Source: Minutocellus sp. GHC0000111 (Eukaryota). Taken from it: 64,000 bases of DNA. This document shows, piece by piece, positions 11,624 through 23,798 of this stretch. The translations under genes and the position numbers were made by a program. Numbering within the stretch: the stretch's first letter is position 1; each line of letters begins with the position of its first letter. The notes beneath the pieces are model-generated. The model saw only the letters and a program-made list of their open reading frames with translations. It was not told where the DNA came from and made no database searches. Location: assembly GCA_977018835.1 (NCBI GenBank), contig OZ361261.1, forward strand, positions 992,001 through 1,056,000. Reading direction: 5' to 3'.

Positions 11624-12056
11624 TTTGCACTTGTTAGTAATATATCTATCTGACCATCTTCGTGAACGTCGGAAAACCAGCACAAAAGTACCGGTACCGG
11701 TAATAAGTTTGATCTAGCTAGCGTGGAAATCTAAGTTGATGTATTAGAGTCTGTTTCTCTTGATCTCAGAAGCAGGAAATCCTACTATAGAGTAGCAGTT
11801 AGTAAAAAGTTAGAAGAGCCGCGTGCAATTTGGTTGAGGCGCAGTTTTTATCGGCCGATTGGAAGTTGGGGCAGCTGACCTCTGCTCTGAAATGAAAAAT
11901 GCTTGCAAAAGTATGCATGCCGAGATTCGATTCACGGGTGGATGGCCAGACGTGCTCGCTCGAAACGAGCGAAACCGCACCGTTCGACCACACACACCAC
12001 CACGCACTTCAATCAAAAGCAAAGATAGAGAACAATACGCCGATACAAGAGAAACA

Positions 12057-13286
12057 ATGCAACCAGTCCACGGCGTCGAGAGCGTCGGCGACTTCATGGT
12101 CGGAAAGGGCGCCGACATCTCGCATCCCCCGCCGCCTCAGTCAGCGAACAATGGCACTACGACATCTCGGAGACAGAAACGACAGAGACCCTCACGCACA
12201 CGCACGGCTGAGGTGAAGACGGACGCAACGACTGCTACCGCCAGCAACGAATATGTGCTCAACGTTGCCTTCTTCTCCTTTTTGGGATTTCTGCTTGTGC
12301 AGGTGGTCTTCGCTGTCATTGCTCATTCTCAGGCTATGCTGGCCGACTCGGCCGCAATGATGGTAGATGCATTCACTTACCTTTTCAATTTGGTCGCCGA
12401 ACGGATAAAGAAGAGGCCAGTACCGACCGATGATTCCGTGCCAGACATAGTCCGTAAACGACAAAGACGGAGAAAAATTCTGTATCTGGAGATTGTACCA
12501 CCTCTCGTCAGCGTCGTGACTCTCATCGTTGTCTCGGTCGTGGTGCTCGCCGATGCAGTTGACACCATATTGAAGCGTCTTACCGATGAAGACCAGAATG
12601 GCGGCGTCGACAACGATGACGATCTGCCCAATGCTTGGATAATGTTTCTGTTCAGCTCTGCCAATTTGGCTTTGGATGTGATGAATGTGACCTGCTTTGC
12701 CAAGGCAAAATCTTTTGGCTTCTTCATGCTACATCATCTGTTTGGGAGAGGGGAGGCCGCAGAAGACACTACCGAATGGAATGCCGGTGATGAGGAAGAA
12801 GGAGGAATGACAAAGGCTACTAGCTATGGCATTGAGATGGAGGAATCATCTGGACCAACAGAAAGCACACAGCTACTTGGCAAGACGGAGCAAGATGAAG
12901 AAAAGAAGGGTGATGATGGTGACCTGAACGATGGAGACCGAAGAACGGATGAATATTTTGATGACGATGGAGACGAACGGACTGCCAATCTCAACATGTG
13001 CTCGGCATATACCCACGTGGTTGCTGATACACTCCGCAGCTTGGCGGTAGTGATTGCCGCATCACTTGCGACAGTATTCAATTGCATACCTTCAGATGTG
13101 GCTGATGCGACCGGAGCAATTGTCGTATCATTTATCATCGCCATTTCTCTCGGACCATTATTGGCGGGCCTTTTTGATGCATGGTCCGAGCTTTCAAAGC
13201 TAAACGAAGAGGAGCGCAAGGAAAAGCATCTGCTGGAAACGCTGATGCGGGATAGTGTAGTTGACTTGCGAGGTATTGATTTATGA
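12057..13286 (+). CDS. Cation diffusion facilitator (CDF) metal transporter
   Basis: HSQAMLADSAAMMVD (TM2), NLNMCSAYTHVVADTLRS (TM5), about 6 TM segments and an acidic loop. Confidence 0.85.
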   Translation: MQPVHGVESVGDFMVGKGADISHPPPPQSANNGTTTSRRQKRQRPSRTRTAEVKTDATTATASNEYVLNVAFFSFLGFLLVQVVFAVIAHSQAMLADSAAMMVDAFTYLFNLVAERIKKRPVPTDDSVPDIVRKRQRRRKILYLEIVPPLVSVVTLIVVSVVVLADAVDTILKRLTDEDQNGGVDNDDDLPNAWIMFLFSSANLALDVMNVTCFAKAKSFGFFMLHHLFGRGEAAEDTTEWNAGDEEEGGMTKATSYGIEMEESSGPTESTQLLGKTEQDEEKKGDDGDLNDGDRRTDEYFDDDGDERTANLNMCSAYTHVVADTLRSLAVVIAASLATVFNCIPSDVADATGAIVVSFIIAISLGPLLAGLFDAWSELSKLNEEERKEKHLLETLMRDSVVDLRGIDL

Positions 13287-13314
13287 ATTAATCACGTATT
13301 CTAATAAATAAATG

Positions 13315-13369
13315 AATAATTATTTCTCCTCGGTCACGCTCAAGAATAATCATTTCTCCTCGGTCACGC
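13315..13369. repeat. 30-bp tandem duplication covering the last codons and stop of the 7TM gene
   Basis: aataat(t/c)atttctcctcggtcacgc at 13315 and 13345. Confidence 0.85.
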
Positions 13370-16222
13370 CGCTTTTGGAACCGGAATATTTGGATCCGCC
13401 ACTTGCTTTCATAGATTTAGAGGAATCATCAAAGGAATGGTTTGACGCTAAAGAGGAAACTCTTTTCGACATTAGGCCAGCTGGCTTTGTTTCGACATGA
13501 GAAGGAGCTGCGCCATTACTCTTGTTTTTGCCAGAAATGCCGGTTTGCAAAGATGTGTCACTACCAGTACGGGAAGACCCATTCATTGTAGAGACTGTCA
13601 ATTGCTTCGCAAAACTGACGGTTTGCTTGGAATTCTGCCTACTCCCCAAAGATCCTGCTCTGTGACTGTGTCTGCTAATTGAAAGCTGATCATCATGCGC
13701 GCTGCTGATAGGCTCACTAGTGCACTTATTAGCCATTTCCAACCACTTGGAGAGTATTGCCTTGTGTGCATTGTACGCAGTAAGATGTTTTATCCTGCCC
13801 TCCCGTCCTTCATTTTCTCGTCGGCAATAAGCGATAGTCGAATTCCTCTGCGAACCAGCTGTTCTTTCTCGCCGTTGGAGTCACGAAGTCTCTCGGCCAG
13901 ATGGAGGCACACTTCGGCAATCATTGACTTCATACTCCAGGCGTTTGCCATGAAAACATTATCGAGCATCTCAGGGAAATCGATAGTCAAGGCTAGATCA
14001 ATATCCTCGCCACTTATCTCATATGGGGCATCATCGCATATGCTCAGCAACAGAGAGATCGGGCGCTGTAGAGATCCAACTCCTGTTTTACTCCTTGAAA
14101 TTTCTTCTGATACATGCTCGTCTAATACCCGCTTGGCTCGGTCGACATGCCCGTTCCACTTGAGGACACGAATGAGTGGTATGAGCAAATTGAAAATACC
14201 TAGGGCATCTTTGTGGTCATACTTGGGCAACACGTTGGCAATAACATAGTCGCATTGTTCGATCGCTTTTTCGATCTTCCCCATCTGCATGTGCCAGATT
14301 GCTGTCATCGCAAAGCCATGACTACATTTGTCCTGAGCGTACGCACTTGTGAGAAGGGTAGAATGGGTCTCGGGCAGATAAACGAGCTTCATCGTGTCAA
14401 ATTCCCGAAATGCTTCATCGTACATGCCGAATCGACCGTAGAGCTCAGCGAGGTTGGTGAGGGCTCTGGCATAATGATACACTTGTGACTGTGCTTCGTG
14501 CATAAAACGTTCCGCGAGATCTCTTTCCAACGCACTTGTATCGTTTTGTGTGTTGATCACACCGCCTTTTAGCTGCGCCGCCACCAAAGAATAAACAGGG
14601 AAAATTATGGAAGGATCCTTCAGCGAAACGGCAGCGGGACAATTCTCATAAATTTTCAGGATGTCGATATTGAGTTGGGCGCTTTGTTCTATGCCAGCCT
14701 GTCCATTGAGTCTCATGAGCGCCCTTTCTTTGGCTCTTAATAAATGTATGATCACCTCGAGGTCTTCCGAGTCAATTTTCTTCAAAGTCTGTTTCGTGAA
14801 GCCACTCCCTACCTCCTCGGTCTGTTCCGATGAAACGCTAAATGGAATGCTGCTGTTTGATTTGGTAAATGTTTGCAGAGTTTCCTCAATGATATCCACG
14901 ACTTTATCGTCTTGACCCATATTTGAGTACATCTCGCTCATCTTTAGCGCAAATGCAGCTGTCGACTTTTGTTCTGTCGCGCCTGTTGTTGTTACAATAG
15001 ATGAACGGTGCTTCTCTTCAACGCCATTCCCCCACAAAGCCTTTAATTTCGCTACGGCGATGTGCCACCAAAGAGCCAGAGGTAGTCCAAGTGTGGCACA
15101 GATGGCTGCATAGGCATTCACCAACGGCAGTGCAGCGAGGATCATGATTGGGAGTGTGATAATAAGAACAATGATTCCGTTGCGAATGGAGCTCTTGATC
15201 CCCTCGGTTTCATTGATAGAGTCCGGTAATCGTTCCAATTCTTGTTTCGGGCGCATATTGAGAAGTAACGCGATGCCAAGAGGTAGTGCAACAAACATAA
15301 TGCCAAGGTAGATGTGCCATGAACCTGCCGCAGGGCTCTGGCATTCATAATTGCTAAACATGACGCCTGCATAGTCATCGTGCGACATGGCCGCAACCGA
15401 TCTCACTGAAGGGGCGAGGATGACAATAAGTCGCAAAAGAAGTTGAGGCAGAATGAGTAGAGTGACAACTCTCAGCAGCTTGCTGAAGGGGACCTGCTTT
15501 CTAATATCATTCCGTCTGCCTGTTGTGTTCCCGGTGCTATTCGTCCGGAAGCTGCGCATGCTTAGTTTGCGCGAAGTTGCTTGATTCGGAGTCAATTCAA
15601 ACCGGCAGTCGGCGAGGACGCCAAGTGCATAAGGAATAGACCTGCGAGTCTTCTCAGTCCGACAGAGCTCTTCGCTGCGACCCATACCCATCATTGGATT
15701 CGTCATCAATGTACTTATCCTCCAAGCTCGCCCGGCAATTGATGCTCCCATGAAGCTAATTGATAGAAGTATGAGGGGGGCGCGAATGGCGCACCCAACA
15801 TTGTTGATAAAGACAAAGAGGAAACATCCCGTGGTACTGACAACTCCACCAACGAGTAGAATGCACAGAGCGAGAGGTTGTGCAAACTCGAGGATTCTCT
15901 TCTTTCGGTGGACGACAAATAGAATTGTTGTGGCAATCTGAAGCAAGAGAAGAAACGCGAGAACAAGTGACATGCCAATCTGAAAGGAGACAGGCATTTT
16001 CAGCATGCCGCCGTCGGCACCTGTATTCGCTGTTGGCATCGTTGTCCGACGGTCGAAAAGTGAACGATGCATCGGTTCCGGCAGCGGTGGCCGCTGATCT
16101 TGCGAACGGTGCACATCACTGGAAATAATGGGCCCTCGCATGGCCCCGGGCGCTGCTGCCACCATCTCATAACAGAAGAAGAGTAAATTTTGGATCGTCG
16201 CGGCGCTATTTAAGCCCGCCAT
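13350..16222 (-). CDS. Class C (7tm_3)-like 7TM receptor fused to a TPR-like helical C-terminal region; one apparent frameshift near 13805
   Basis: HRKKRILEFAQPLALCILLVG, a Cys before TM3 (GCAIR), RAWRIS and a YECQS loop are typical of family-3 GPCR TM domains. The C-terminus has helical repeats (YARALTNLAELYGRFGMYDEA). One missing G in GACGGGAGG joins ORF 13790-16222 to the frame ending at 13350. Confidence 0.7.
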
Positions 16223-17019
16223 ATTGTGCTGGGGATACAGTAGGAGATTGATTCTTTGTCACAACTGTACAAAAAAGATACCAGATGCAGCCGGTATTTG
16301 TCTCCTTCCTTTCACGCTGCTTTCGAGTGATACGTTTAGATAAATGCCCAGCGCAATTAGACGATAGTGTAAAGCACCGGGGCTTGGTTATCCGCCCGTA
16401 CACCGGCTTCGTTGGTGCCGATGCCGCCGATGAAAGCATGATGAATCATCAGCAAAGCATTCGCAGATGGCGCGCAGATGTGCGTCCATGCCATCGCTCT
16501 GCTGGTACGTACGAGCCCGGAAAGTGATGACATGAACACATCACGGAAACTAAAAAACACAGAGCTGCTGCAGCAGGCTAGCTACCTAGGTACTAGCTAG
16601 GCTACATTGTAGCTAGGGCAAGGAGGAAGAATGCGGCGGGAAACTGTAAAATAGATCTCTACCGTCCGCAGTGTTGCCACCATGGCAAATGCATGCACAA
16701 ACAAACTACTCTGCAACTCGAACTAGCTACGTAGATCTAGATCTCTAATAAGCTACAAAGTCCGATTTATACATGTATGTTTTACTTTTTTCAATTACAT
16801 GTAGGTCTAGAGTCTGCATGCATGTTATCGTGGCCGGGCTTTATGAATGGGTCTGAAGTTTGGGTAGGGCATTCGATGTACGAGTAAATAATCCCGATGA
16901 ATCCGTGCATGTGTTTATCAACTGGCACCTTGTTGGTACCATGTCATTTTTTAGTAAAGGAATAGTTGAATGGGACTCCTCGATAGACTGTTTTCAATTC
17001 ACGCATGTAGTTTATATAC

Positions 17020-19142
17020 TCAAAGTGACACGATGAAACCCCGACCGGGTGACGACGATGGGAGCTCAACCTGGGGCGGAGGTAGCGGCGGGGGCATGTC
17101 AGGATCATTAGTAGTAGGGTCTGTGGGGGGCGATGAAGACTCTTGCTCTTCATTGCCGCTGTAAGAATACTGTACAGTGGCTTCATCGTCGTCGCCTCCG
17201 CTGTCATCATTTCCATCCTTGGCATCATTTCCACCCTCATAGACCTCGGTATCTGCGTTCGAAGGGAGATCGAAAAAGCTTTGATGAAGTGAGAAAGAGA
17301 AGAAATAATCTTGCAATTCTCGACAAGCCGCCAGTACCCAGGTACTCACTCCGTTGGTCATCCACGCTTTGACTAGTCCCACCAATATTATCTGTACCCG
17401 TAGAAAAGGGGTGATGATAGGGATCTTTTGCCCTGTCCTGCTCTGAACGATCCTCGTGTTGATCAATACTGTCGCTTGCAGCCGCGGCAAGAAGGGCTAC
17501 ACAAGGACGGCCAGAAAAAAGAAATATGAGAGTGATGAGGCATAGCTAGTTTTGGGATGAGTTTTGTAATTCCAATTCAAGTAAAAGTATCGGATACTTC
17601 ATCAAAACCTAAAGGGAAACTCACCACTCGTACCGGAATCATAAGTATACGAGTACTGGCCACCACCCTCCCGCGATTACCGAGAATATTGGTGGTCGGA
17701 TGGAGGAGGCGCATGGTATTGATGGCGATAGTCCGAATACCCACCACCTGCCTCATTGGATTCTGAGCTTCTGTGCGAATGAGTACTTGCATCTCCACCA
17801 TTACCACTGTGGTAGGAGTGCTGATGGCGGTACTGATCGTGATGGTGGTAGTGTTCCTGGCGATAATCAGGCCGGTTGTAAGCGTAAGAGTAATCATATC
17901 GATCGCCTCGACCCGTAGATTCGCTGTATCGAGATCCAGTAAAATATTCATGCGGTTCATTGAAATGAGAACCGTTGGGATCATGATGATTGAGGGGGTT
18001 GCTTCGTTTGGCGTGCTCATAAGGCACTTGTGGGATCTTTGCATCATAAGCTGGTGGGTGCTGCTGATGGTGATGGTAGTGTTGGTGGGCAATATAATCG
18101 GTGCGGGGATCAAGGCGAGAGTCGGTGGTAGCAGAGGAGGCGAAGGGTGTCGCCGTCATTGACAGAGCACGCTCTTGCTCAATGCGGGCTTGGTCAGCAC
18201 GCCACTTGGCGATCTCTGCCTTGTAGACGGCTCTCTCCTTCTCCTCCTGCTCGCGGTAGGGATGGCGTTCTTGCGGACTAGCATTACGCCACATCTCTCC
18301 CAGCAATCGAGAGATATCGGTGTTACTCATGTCAGGATTATCCTCCTTTACCTCTCTCCGACGAGTCTTGGAATACTTTAGGAAGGCCGACATGGGCCGT
18401 TTGGGTGCCAGCGGATTTTTCTTGGCTCTACGTTTGGGTTGCTCCCATGGGCCTTGGTGCTGCTCCTTCTCCTGGACGTAGCGAAGGTTGTCGTTCCTCT
18501 CCTGTTCCGTCCAATAGTGACGCTCCGATTCACTCAGGGAACGCCAAGCGTCGGCCACAAATGCAATGGCATCCTTGGAAGGACATGAACATTTCATATA
18601 CAAAAGAGGTTGAATTAGTTGCAAATATATTATTATAACGATACCACACAGGGTAGGAGAAATTCCGCTTTCGACTCACCTTCTTACAAATGGCCTCGCC
18701 GCTTTTCTCCCTTTCCTCGTGCTTGAATTCGCTGAACAAGACAAAGGCAGACTTGGGTGGTTTGGGCAACTTCTTGGGTAGCAGCTTGGGTTCTGTTTCG
18801 TCGCCCTGAATTTCATTGCCGTCATTGACAGGTCCATATTGTCCTACATCTGGAGGAGCTGATCCGCCCGGAGGGTAGTGGTACTGGTGGTGGTAGTGAT
18901 ACTGGTGATGGTACTGATGTTGATAATATGGATCGCCTGGCAAAAGTATGATACGAAAATGAAGCAGTGTAGAGCGCTTAATTGAGGAATCACACCAAAG
19001 GACTGCGAAAAAAGATGGAAGGGCAATGCATAGCCATCGATCAAAACATCCCACTCACCACAGCTGGCGGATGCTGCCCTGGTTCAGGATGAGGATTAGA
19101 GAGATGACCGCTGCTCTCTTTATATTCGCCGTTCACCTTCAT
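17020..19142 (-). CDS. Double HMG-box protein, about 5 exons, with an internal in-frame TAA at 17677-17679
   Basis: PKPPKSAFVLF..ICKK|DAIAFVADAWRSL (intron 18679-18574) and NPLAPKRPMSAFLKY..ISRLLGEMW. Downstream exons 17496-17350 and 17252-17020 splice in frame via GTGAGT..AG introns. The exon 1 phase is not resolved, so the 5' end is approximate. Confidence 0.8.
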
Positions 19143-19609
19143 TGATCTTGATGGTGCGATGGTACTTCTCTTTGAATGTTGTGTTATACTTGGCTCTTTT
19201 GGGTTGATTATGAGGTCTTCTACATGCTGCAAAGGGGCGACCAAAAAAATGAATGTTGATATCTGGGAGTAAGCAAAAAGCAATCTTGTCCCGGCGTCTT
19301 TGGTTTGAATTCATCCAACGGCCGTCTAAAATTTATCTCTCTCAAACATGCAATATTTAGGCAATAAAGTCGGAGGAGTGTTCCGACGCTGGCCAAAACC
19401 GAGTCGAGTCGTCGGTGCAAGCACATAGTAAATGCTGAGTATCGATGGTATGGGCTGAATTTGTAGAATTGGGAACTTTCCAGCAGTGATTTTGGGACTC
19501 ACTCTTTCTGACTCCGATTTCGATAAATTTGACAAGAGATAGGATTCCTAGATAAAGAATGAAATGTGATGCACATGCATGGACGCACATACAAAGCCCC
19601 GTATAAATT

Positions 19610-20798
19610 TCAATCCCAAATCACACAGCATCGCACCTCGATGCTTTCTCGTTGGACATCGGCGGACGCTGTAGGGTCGAGCAAAGAGGAATGAATTGCG
19701 AAGTTGGACACTCCCTCCTCATCCACATCTAGACCCTTTGCAATTCCACCAGAACTGTCCCACTGCTTGATGAGCATTGCTTCGTCAAATCGCATCTTTG
19801 GATAATAAAACCAATGGTGCTGGCCTTGCCCTGCGGTGCAAAAATAGTTCTCTCCGATACGATCTGAATAATGAATCTGGAAAGTTCTCAGGTCATCAGA
19901 ATTTGCAGTGGCGGCATCAACGCAAGCAAGAGGATACTGTAACACAGGCTTGTCTTTCCGAATATTTCGCCACACGTTGACCAGGGCATACCGGCGCTTC
20001 CCTTCTATGGCCTCTTGCACCTCATCTTGATTCAGGAGTGAAGCGTCGTCGCCGCCCAACCGACCGCGCATGATATCGTTAACCTTGGGAGGCGACGCAA
20101 GATCTTGTATACGTCGAGGCGCCGACACCTTGGTATAGTCGCCATGAACAACCGCAACCGGCGTCTGAACCGTACCACCGCTGCTGTTCTTCATCTCTCT
20201 ATCAGATTGGGTCGATCGGACATTGTGATCAAAGGCACGGACCGTGAAGGTCATGCTATTGCCTTCTTCTGCAAGTGCCTCGGCCAACAGTTTTTCGCAC
20301 TCTGGATAGTACTTCTCAACGACTGCGTCCTGATCAAAGAAATCGATATCTGACTCCTTCAACTCGTGGTGTAGCAGTTCGAATCCATTCTTGTAGAGAC
20401 ACATGCCCTTTCCCCTGGCGTTGTGAATCCGGCATTCGGTCGGAGCCCAATCCGCGCCGGTCAAGGTTGAGTCCGACCCCGTCGTCGAACGCCTACTGCT
20501 GATAATATTGGTCTCGGCTTCACAAATAAGAATATAAGAAATAATTGAAAAGAGCTGCATCGAGGTGAGTTGGATGCATTATTCCACTCGACTCGACGCA
20601 CAGGAGCAAAGACCGCAACGATCTGGAGCACTTACTTGTGACATAATTCATCACGGCGGGAATCGAAACTATTTCGCCGCTAGCCGTTCGTTCCACCGTA
20701 CTCGATGCAGACGGCGGCTTCATTTCCGGCCACGCCATGGCTGTTAAGAACGATAATAACTGCAAGAAGAGGAACGGGGTTCGTCGAAGGAGGTGCAT
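19610..20798 (-). CDS. CmcJ/AsaB/NvfI-family oxidoreductase (2 exons, intron 20635-20518)
   Basis: [43 protein letters not shown] and RESIEVR are family motifs. The N-terminus is signal-like. Confidence 0.85.
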
Positions 20799-20998
20799 TA
20801 GCCGGCACTTCACAGGTCGTCAGGAAGAGTGGCGAGTTGAGTTCTGCTCTCGCGTCGGGCGTTAGCGTTCGCCGACGGCGATGTTGGTTCGACCGACATA
20901 ACAATGACGATCATTCGAAAGCCGAGCAATGATGAAGCTTCTCGGATACTCCCCCCTTACCTTACTTGCTTTCTCGAACCAACCAGTAACAACTCCGG

Positions 20999-21835
20999 AT
21001 GTTGAACAAACTCAGACGCATTCCTTTGTTCGTTCCTTCCCTTCTCCTGGTCTCTTGTTTCCTGCCCGTGTCCTCCCTTGCTTTTTCGGCACCGAACTTG
21101 ATCGTGCGACCAAACGCGGCAAAAGTCATGATGCTGGCGAACCGACCGTCGGCAGCGGGACGCTCCCCGAATAGCAGTGGCCGACCAACTCCCTGCAGTG
21201 GCGGGTGTGCGGACCAGGCTTGGGCGAACCGACGTCGACCATGCTGCAGTGAAGGCGGCTGTGCGCATGTTAGCAATCCCAGTGTAAAGATCGGCATTCT
21301 ATCTTCGACTGCCGCAGATGATGGTGACGCCAGCCTCAAGAAGTCGGGCGGCAGTGGCAAATGGGACGAGTGGAAGGAAAGACTGCTGAAAATATCCAAT
21401 ATTGCGTCGATTTTGTGTGTAATAGATTGCACAGTGCTGCCGGCCGTTACGATATTCCTCCCCATCCTTGGCATAGCAGCCTCCGCCGAGCAGGCAAAGT
21501 GGCTCCACGAGATCGGCCATTCCATAGCGCTGTGGTTTGTGATGCCGGTCGGTGGATTGGCTGCGACGATGAACTACATTTCGCACAAGAGGGCAACGCT
21601 TTCGGCCATGGCGGCCTTGGGGTTGACTTTGATTTATGCCGCCAATGGGCACGGTGGGCCGATATTGTCAAGATTGCCGCATCATCTGGCGCATAATCTT
21701 CACTGTGGGACGTGGTTGCACCGGGCGACGAATCTTCTCGGATGTGCGTGCCTGTTGGGATCGAATTACTTGAGCCACAAGCTGGGAGGGTGCTCTCACA
21801 ACCATATTGGCGGAAGTTGCAGCCATGATCATTAA
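20999..21835 (+). CDS. MerC-domain membrane protein, probably plastid-targeted
   Basis: ASILCVIDCTVLP (MerC SxLCxxxC pattern), four TM segments and a His-rich C-terminus. The signal peptide ends SLA-F. Confidence 0.75.
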   Translation: MLNKLRRIPLFVPSLLLVSCFLPVSSLAFSAPNLIVRPNAAKVMMLANRPSAAGRSPNSSGRPTPCSGGCADQAWANRRRPCCSEGGCAHVSNPSVKIGILSSTAADDGDASLKKSGGSGKWDEWKERLLKISNIASILCVIDCTVLPAVTIFLPILGIAASAEQAKWLHEIGHSIALWFVMPVGGLAATMNYISHKRATLSAMAALGLTLIYAANGHGGPILSRLPHHLAHNLHCGTWLHRATNLLGCACLLGSNYLSHKLGGCSHNHIGGSCSHDH

Positions 21836-21982
21836 TTCAATTAGATCTGCAATGAACTGAAACATATAGATATAATGCGTATCTGTTCATAATGCTGAAG
21901 TAATTTATATAAGAGCAGCGTCCGTCCCTTACTAGGCCATTGCGTACTATCGCATTCCATGTTCTCAAAGAATTTCATTCGC

Positions 21983-23467
21983 TCAAACCTTTTTCTTCTT
22001 CTTGGGCCCGCCTCCAAAGAAGGAGCTCAAACTCTTCATGCCCTTGGTGTTGACCTTGGCAAGCTTCTTCAATCCATGGCTCTTGGCGTTCAGCTTCTCC
22101 TCCTTTTTCTTGAATTTTTCCCTCTCCTCGTCGTCCATCATGACGTTGGCGGTTGAGCCGGCGGCACCGCCACATCCATCGACGCCGCGGGTGATCTGGA
22201 GCATCCGATCAGCGGCACTGTTGCCATTATCGGCCCACTTGCTGGAGGAAGAGGACGGCGGCGGGGCGGTCAGGTCCTCGTCGTCATCGAAGCACATGCT
22301 GGCGCCAACGTCATCCTCGTCTGCCATCGAGCTCGCCTTGGATGCCTCGGGAGATGCCGCCTTGCGCTTCTTGCCCCGAGGACCGAGCAACTGCTCCTCG
22401 GTCATCTCGACCTCCTCCATCAACTTGGCCCTCCAAGCATCTGGTAGGTATTCGCAGACCAGCTGCAGTGCCGAGATACGGGCCCGCGTTTCATCCTGCG
22501 GGCTGAGCATGGCAATACTGGGATTGGGTCCACCCGAAGTTGGGGACGATGCCGACGAAGCATTCGTCGACTGAGAGCACGAGGGTGACTGCGAAACGAC
22601 AGGCTTGGTCGTCGCTACCTCCTCTTCCTCGTCATCGTCGCCCATGTTGAAGGCCGAGCTAAAGGCTCCGCCACCGCCACCCAACTTGGACGCCTCACTC
22701 TTGGCCTTGTCCTCCCGACGCTTTTCACGAAGGATACTAGCACGAGCAGCCCCAAGACTTCGGTCGAACTTGGCCCGGAGCCACTTGCGGGCCAGCTTCT
22801 CATCGAACTTGTAGAAGGGCAGATCGTCACCGTAGGCATCGGTGTACAGGAAGAGATGGCGCATCTGTTTGTCCAATACCTTTTCGGGCGTGAGGTCGGC
22901 ATTGCTGGTGGCATTGCGCAGAGCCTCGCGGACGCATGGGTGCACATCGGCCAACAGCTGGTCGAGAGGCTGCCACTTGCTGTTCCCACCCATGGCCGAT
23001 TGGGACTTGTTGGGGTCGGAATTTGTGCTGGTATTCGCCGCCTGCTGCTTCGATTTGGCTTCCACCGCCGCCAGCACAAAGAACAGGGGATCGACACGAG
23101 TTGCGACGCGAAGAGCACCATCGGAAACGACGCGAGGGCCCACAAAGAAGGAACCGTACTTGCTCGGACCAGTCAAGGATTGCACCTCGAAGATATCGCA
23201 GCAGTTGTCCTTACCGTCGTTGGTCGACGGAACGACGAGATAATCCCTCTCCTCACCATCGGTGGACACAGGGTCGGGAAGGGCAATGATGGCGGGCCCG
23301 CCACTTTGCTTCAAGAGATCGGCGGCATTTAGGCCTACCGAAGAAGAGGAAGCCGATAGCTCGGCTCCGGATGATGACGATGCCGGAGAGCTCGCCACCT
23401 TGGCACTGGAGGCCTGCTGGCCGATGGCGTGGCTCAGATCGAGGAGCGTTACGGCCGAGGAGCTCAT
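21983..23467 (-). CDS. RNASEH2B: Ribonuclease H2 subunit B
   Basis: GSFFVGPRVVSDGALRVATRVDPLFF, YKFDEKLARKWL and the C-terminal PIP box KVNTKGMKSLSSFF. Confidence 0.9.
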   Translation of the reverse strand: MSSSAVTLLDLSHAIGQQASSAKVASSPASSSSGAELSASSSSVGLNAADLLKQSGGPAIIALPDPVSTDGEERDYLVVPSTNDGKDNCCDIFEVQSLTGPSKYGSFFVGPRVVSDGALRVATRVDPLFFVLAAVEAKSKQQAANTSTNSDPNKSQSAMGGNSKWQPLDQLLADVHPCVREALRNATSNADLTPEKVLDKQMRHLFLYTDAYGDDLPFYKFDEKLARKWLRAKFDRSLGAARASILREKRREDKAKSEASKLGGGGGAFSSAFNMGDDDEEEEVATTKPVVSQSPSCSQSTNASSASSPTSGGPNPSIAMLSPQDETRARISALQLVCEYLPDAWRAKLMEEVEMTEEQLLGPRGKKRKAASPEASKASSMADEDDVGASMCFDDDEDLTAPPPSSSSSKWADNGNSAADRMLQITRGVDGCGGAAGSTANVMMDDEEREKFKKKEEKLNAKSHGLKKLAKVNTKGMKSLSSFFGGGPKKKKKV

Positions 23468-23798
23468 GGTGGGGGGTGTGGCATGCAAGCCGGTATTTTT
23501 TTGAATTGGAGGGAAGCGCGAGCAAGGGAGGTCGGCTTAGGGGCAAAGTAATTCGCAAGAAGCAGCACAACTTGACTTGCCGTTCAGACGCATCAACGAC
23601 ATTCCTGCCGCTGTGCTTCCGGCATCATTCTTCGAGTCCGCATCACGACGTCAGCGATCGCGCTGCCCACCTGCCCACCATCGAATCATCGATCATCGGC
23701 GAAGGTGCTGACGTTGATGCTCGACTCAGCCCGCACGTCCTTTTCTCTTGTCCCATTTCTTATTGATAATTCGTAAATTCATTAACCAGATAGTACGT

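Noticed and set aside
13790..13810. Programmed ribosomal frameshifting
   Set aside because: No shared slippery motif among the shift sites; this one is a simple G-run indel.
17020..17490. Stand-alone 156-aa gene
   Set aside because: Better explained as the 3' exons and an intron of the HMG-box gene.
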